The notes under the pieces were generated by a model. It had not been told where the DNA came from. It did not search any database and saw only the letters and a program-made list of their open reading frames with translations. A stretch of 64,000 bases of DNA. It comes from Lama glama (taxonomy: Eukaryota). The position numbers and the translations under genes are program-made. This document shows positions 60,881 through 64,000 of this stretch, in pieces. Location: contig CM052820.1 of assembly GCA_028534125.1 (NCBI GenBank), forward strand, positions 2,480,001 through 2,544,000, given 5' to 3'. The first letter of the stretch is position 1. Every line of letters starts with the position of its first letter.

Positions 60881-63726
60881 AATACACTGTTACACGTTGC
60901 CCTGGGCATGCCAGTCCTCAGCCAGATTTTACATTTTGCCCAAAGGAATTTTGGTGGCTCCTATTCTGGGGACCCACAGGTACCCAGGTCGGGAGAGCCT
61001 TTGCCACGCAGCCCGGCTGTACGCTGCAGAAGGTGGACTCAGAAAACAGCAAGACGTTGCGGTCTCTCAGGAGCTGTCCCCGGGCAGAGCACACTGGATG
61101 TGCTCACCATGACTGTGCGTCTCTGTAACAGACCTTAGCTTCGTTTTAAAATCCCCTCGACAGTGACAAGGCCGTAGGTACCTTCATCAGTCTCTGCTTC
61201 TGCCCGAGAGGGTCAACGGCAAGGACAAAGACGGCCCTCCAGGTGAGGGCAGAGGCACCCAGACTGCAACGTGCCCCAGGACGCAGGTGGGCCAGGGGCC
61301 GATAGCAAGGCAGAGGGGTAAAGAGGAGCAACAGTCAAGCCCCAGAGGTGACTGCGGGAGTGAGGGACTGAGGAGGGCAGCCTGGCCAGCTGGAGAGCTT
61401 TGGGGAACCAATGATTTTGCTGCTACTCTGAGGAGGAGAGGGGTTCGCGGGGCTGCTCCGGGCAAGCTGTCTGTGGGGCCCAACCTTCACATTCAGTCAG
61501 CCCATTGTCTCCCCCAGAACTCGCAGCAGCCAGGAAAAGCTGACTGCCTATCAGACGGGAGAATCGTGGGGTTGAGAACAGCCAGCCACTTCAGGTCCCT
61601 AAGGTGGCCCCACATATACTTGGTTTCTGGTTTACAGCCCTGGTGAGGTGCCAACTGCAGCAAAGCCTCTCCCTGGAGCCCAGCCTGGGAAGCCTGGGGA
61701 CAGGGTGAACCGGGTTTGTGGGGCGCAGGGACTGCCCGCCTTTGAAGCCCATCTCCACGAGAGATGAGCGAGGGAGTGAGAGTCCAGCATCTGTTTCCCA
61801 ATGCTCTGGGTCAGTGGAGTGATGCAGGCTCTCCTCCTCTCGTGGAAGATGCGCCCATACTGTGCCCAGGGTTCTAAGAGGGCACCTGTGCCAGTGTCCC
61901 TGTAGGTGGCCATCCAGTGCCCTGCCACTCATGTGAGGGCCACGGGGCACAAATCAACCAGGCACAAATGCTCGGGGATGCTTGGAGCCAGCCCTCGGAC
62001 CTCAGAATGGACCACGGTTTGAAGGTTTCTGGAGCTTGAGTCTAGCCCTCTTCCTCGGCCCCCCATCCCCCACCTCCCACCTCCGTTATCAGCAGGTGAA
62101 GCCCTTTACTCATCCCACAACTTTTTTCTAAGAGTCACGCTTCCCTGGATCGCATGGGTGCCACACCCAGGCTGTGTGAGCTAAAGCTGGCCAGTCCAGC
62201 CCAAGGGCCCCTCCAGGTTCAGATCCAGCCCGCCCAGCTGCATGCCCTCCCCTCATGCAAGCAGGCAGTTCCCTCATCCTCAACTCTTGGAACAAACACT
62301 GCCCACACAGTCATCTAGGTGACGGGCTGCTTTGTGAGGACCAGTCTGCTACCATCGCTGCCCTGACTCTGGACTTCAACCTTCCCGATCCCAGCCTGGC
62401 TCCCCCACTGGAGTTCACATTCCGGAACGGCAGCAGATTCCTGCACTTTCTTGTTTCCTGGCAGATCTAGCACGCTCTTAGTCTCTGTTGATTTGGTCTG
62501 GAGGATGTGCTGGATTTGCCTGTAAATGCGCCGAGCTTTCCCAGAGTGCAACGAACAAAATCGCAGGAACTGCTCTCTGTGCTCCCAGGGCAGCAACGCA
62601 AGTGCCCAGATTCCATGATAACACGGCCCGGCATGCTTTCTGGTCTGTTTTCCTGAAGGAGACCAGCCGTCCTTTACACCAGGGTGCCAGCGCCTCACCT
62701 GGACGGGGGATGCAATAAATAGGATCCAGCCCTACGGCAGGAGCTGGGCGTCTGGCTTCCAGAAGATGGAGACGGGGGTTCTGTCTTGGGCGTGGCCTCG
62801 ATTTCTCACATGCATACCCTTCTCTTGCACTGTTGGTCCTTTCTTCACGACGTCTGAGTTCTTTTTACATCAGGAGAATCAGCCTGAGTGATACAAGCTG
62901 CAAATATTCCTTCTGTTGGTTGACTGTTTTGCGACCTTTGTTTGCTTTGCTTTGTTTCGTGGCGATGTATTTTGCTGCTGCCGTCCCAGTGGTGGACCAC
63001 CGGGGGCTCTGGGGGCTGCAGCTGGCTGACCTGTTTTTAATGTTGGCTTTCGCTGTGCTGGGTCTCTAAGTAGTGCTTTAAAGATGACTTCCCGTAACCT
63101 GCACTGGTGTTAACCTTACTAATTGGTACTTTATGTGTTTTGCAGCTATTAAATGGGGACTTTTCTTCCACTGTATCTTCTAGCTGGTCATTGCATGAAT
63201 ATGTGGAGGTCCCTGATCTCAGAGCAGTGTGTCATGCCAGCTGCCCTCCTGGACTCTTGCACTGTCTGTGACAGTCTTCAGGCGGCGCTCTGGGTCACAG
63301 CGCTGCCACGCTTGTCTTTGTCTTAGTCCTCCGGCTCAGCAGGAGCAATGCTCACTGCCAGTCCTTCATATCTTAACTTATTGCTTGGTTGCACTGATCC
63401 TCAAACTGGGGATTTTAAAAAATACCGGTAACTCAGTGCCAACACCAGAGCAGGTGACTTTATCAGCATGGGGCGTGGCCTGGGAACAGGGACTTACTAA
63501 AGATCGCCCAGTGATTCCACTGAGAAACATTAAATGGAAAACGTTGTCTTCAATAGTTTATTCGAGAAGGGCTTACGGGAGTGATATTCCTAAATGCTTG
63601 CATTTTCAAAAATGGAATTGTCTTTCCTTACACACCCTTTCAGAGAAACTCTGTGTGTAAATAAACAGATACAGCCTTTTTCTTCCTTTATATTTTTTAA
63701 AAGTATTTTTATTTAATTAATTCAAA

Positions 63727-63758
63727 ATTTTTTGGTGGAGAGGCAATTAGGTTTATTT

Positions 63759-63813
<55 letters not shown>

Positions 63814-63870
63814 TATGGCAGTGCTGGGGATGGAGCCCCACGTGCTCTGCCACTGAGCAATCCCTTCCCC
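63727..63870 (-). mobile_element. vic-1-type SINE, internally deleted, with expanded (TAAA)n tail
   Basis: gctcagtggcagagcacg head and an (ATTT)n run at about 63752-63813. Confidence 0.75.
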
Positions 63871-64000
63871 TCGTCCTCTTCTATGTCTGAATGACAGTTT
63901 GAGGTATACAGTTCTTGGCCATACTTCCTTTCCTTGGCTTTGTGGCCATTGCTCCAACTATCTTTTGCTTTGAATGTTACCATGGAGAAGTCTGAGGCCA

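Noticed and set aside
1-64000. CRISPR array, operon, prophage or other microbial system
   Set aside because: No regularly spaced repeats or dense coding; the sequence is mammalian intron/exon DNA

Overview
Mammalian genomic DNA, most likely a camelid, judged by six copies of a tRNA-Ala-derived vic-1-type SINE. The window holds part of LRRFIP1 (GCF2/FLAP-1/TRIP) on the minus strand. It includes the internal CpG-island promoter and first coding exon ([22 protein letters not shown], 38558-38623). It also includes an array of eleven small phase-0 cassette exons of 18-78 nt (29843 down to 6659) and the [10 protein letters not shown]... exon (1195-1336). Several expected LRRFIP1 exons are not visible and must lie in two nominal 500-N scaffold gaps. 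The rest is intronic: SINEs, L1 pieces, Tigger/Charlie DNA transposons, solo LTRs, microsatellites and enhancer-like motif clusters. Almost all ORFs in the supplied track are spurious. I see no convincing new biological system. The most interesting signals are the modular exon array with its downstream UGCAUG code, possible extra in-frame exons, a recursive-splice-like site, an age-inverted MIR-in-MER2B insertion and inverted SINE pairs around the cassettes. Human/mouse protein and repeat-consensus comparisons are from memory, not from a search.
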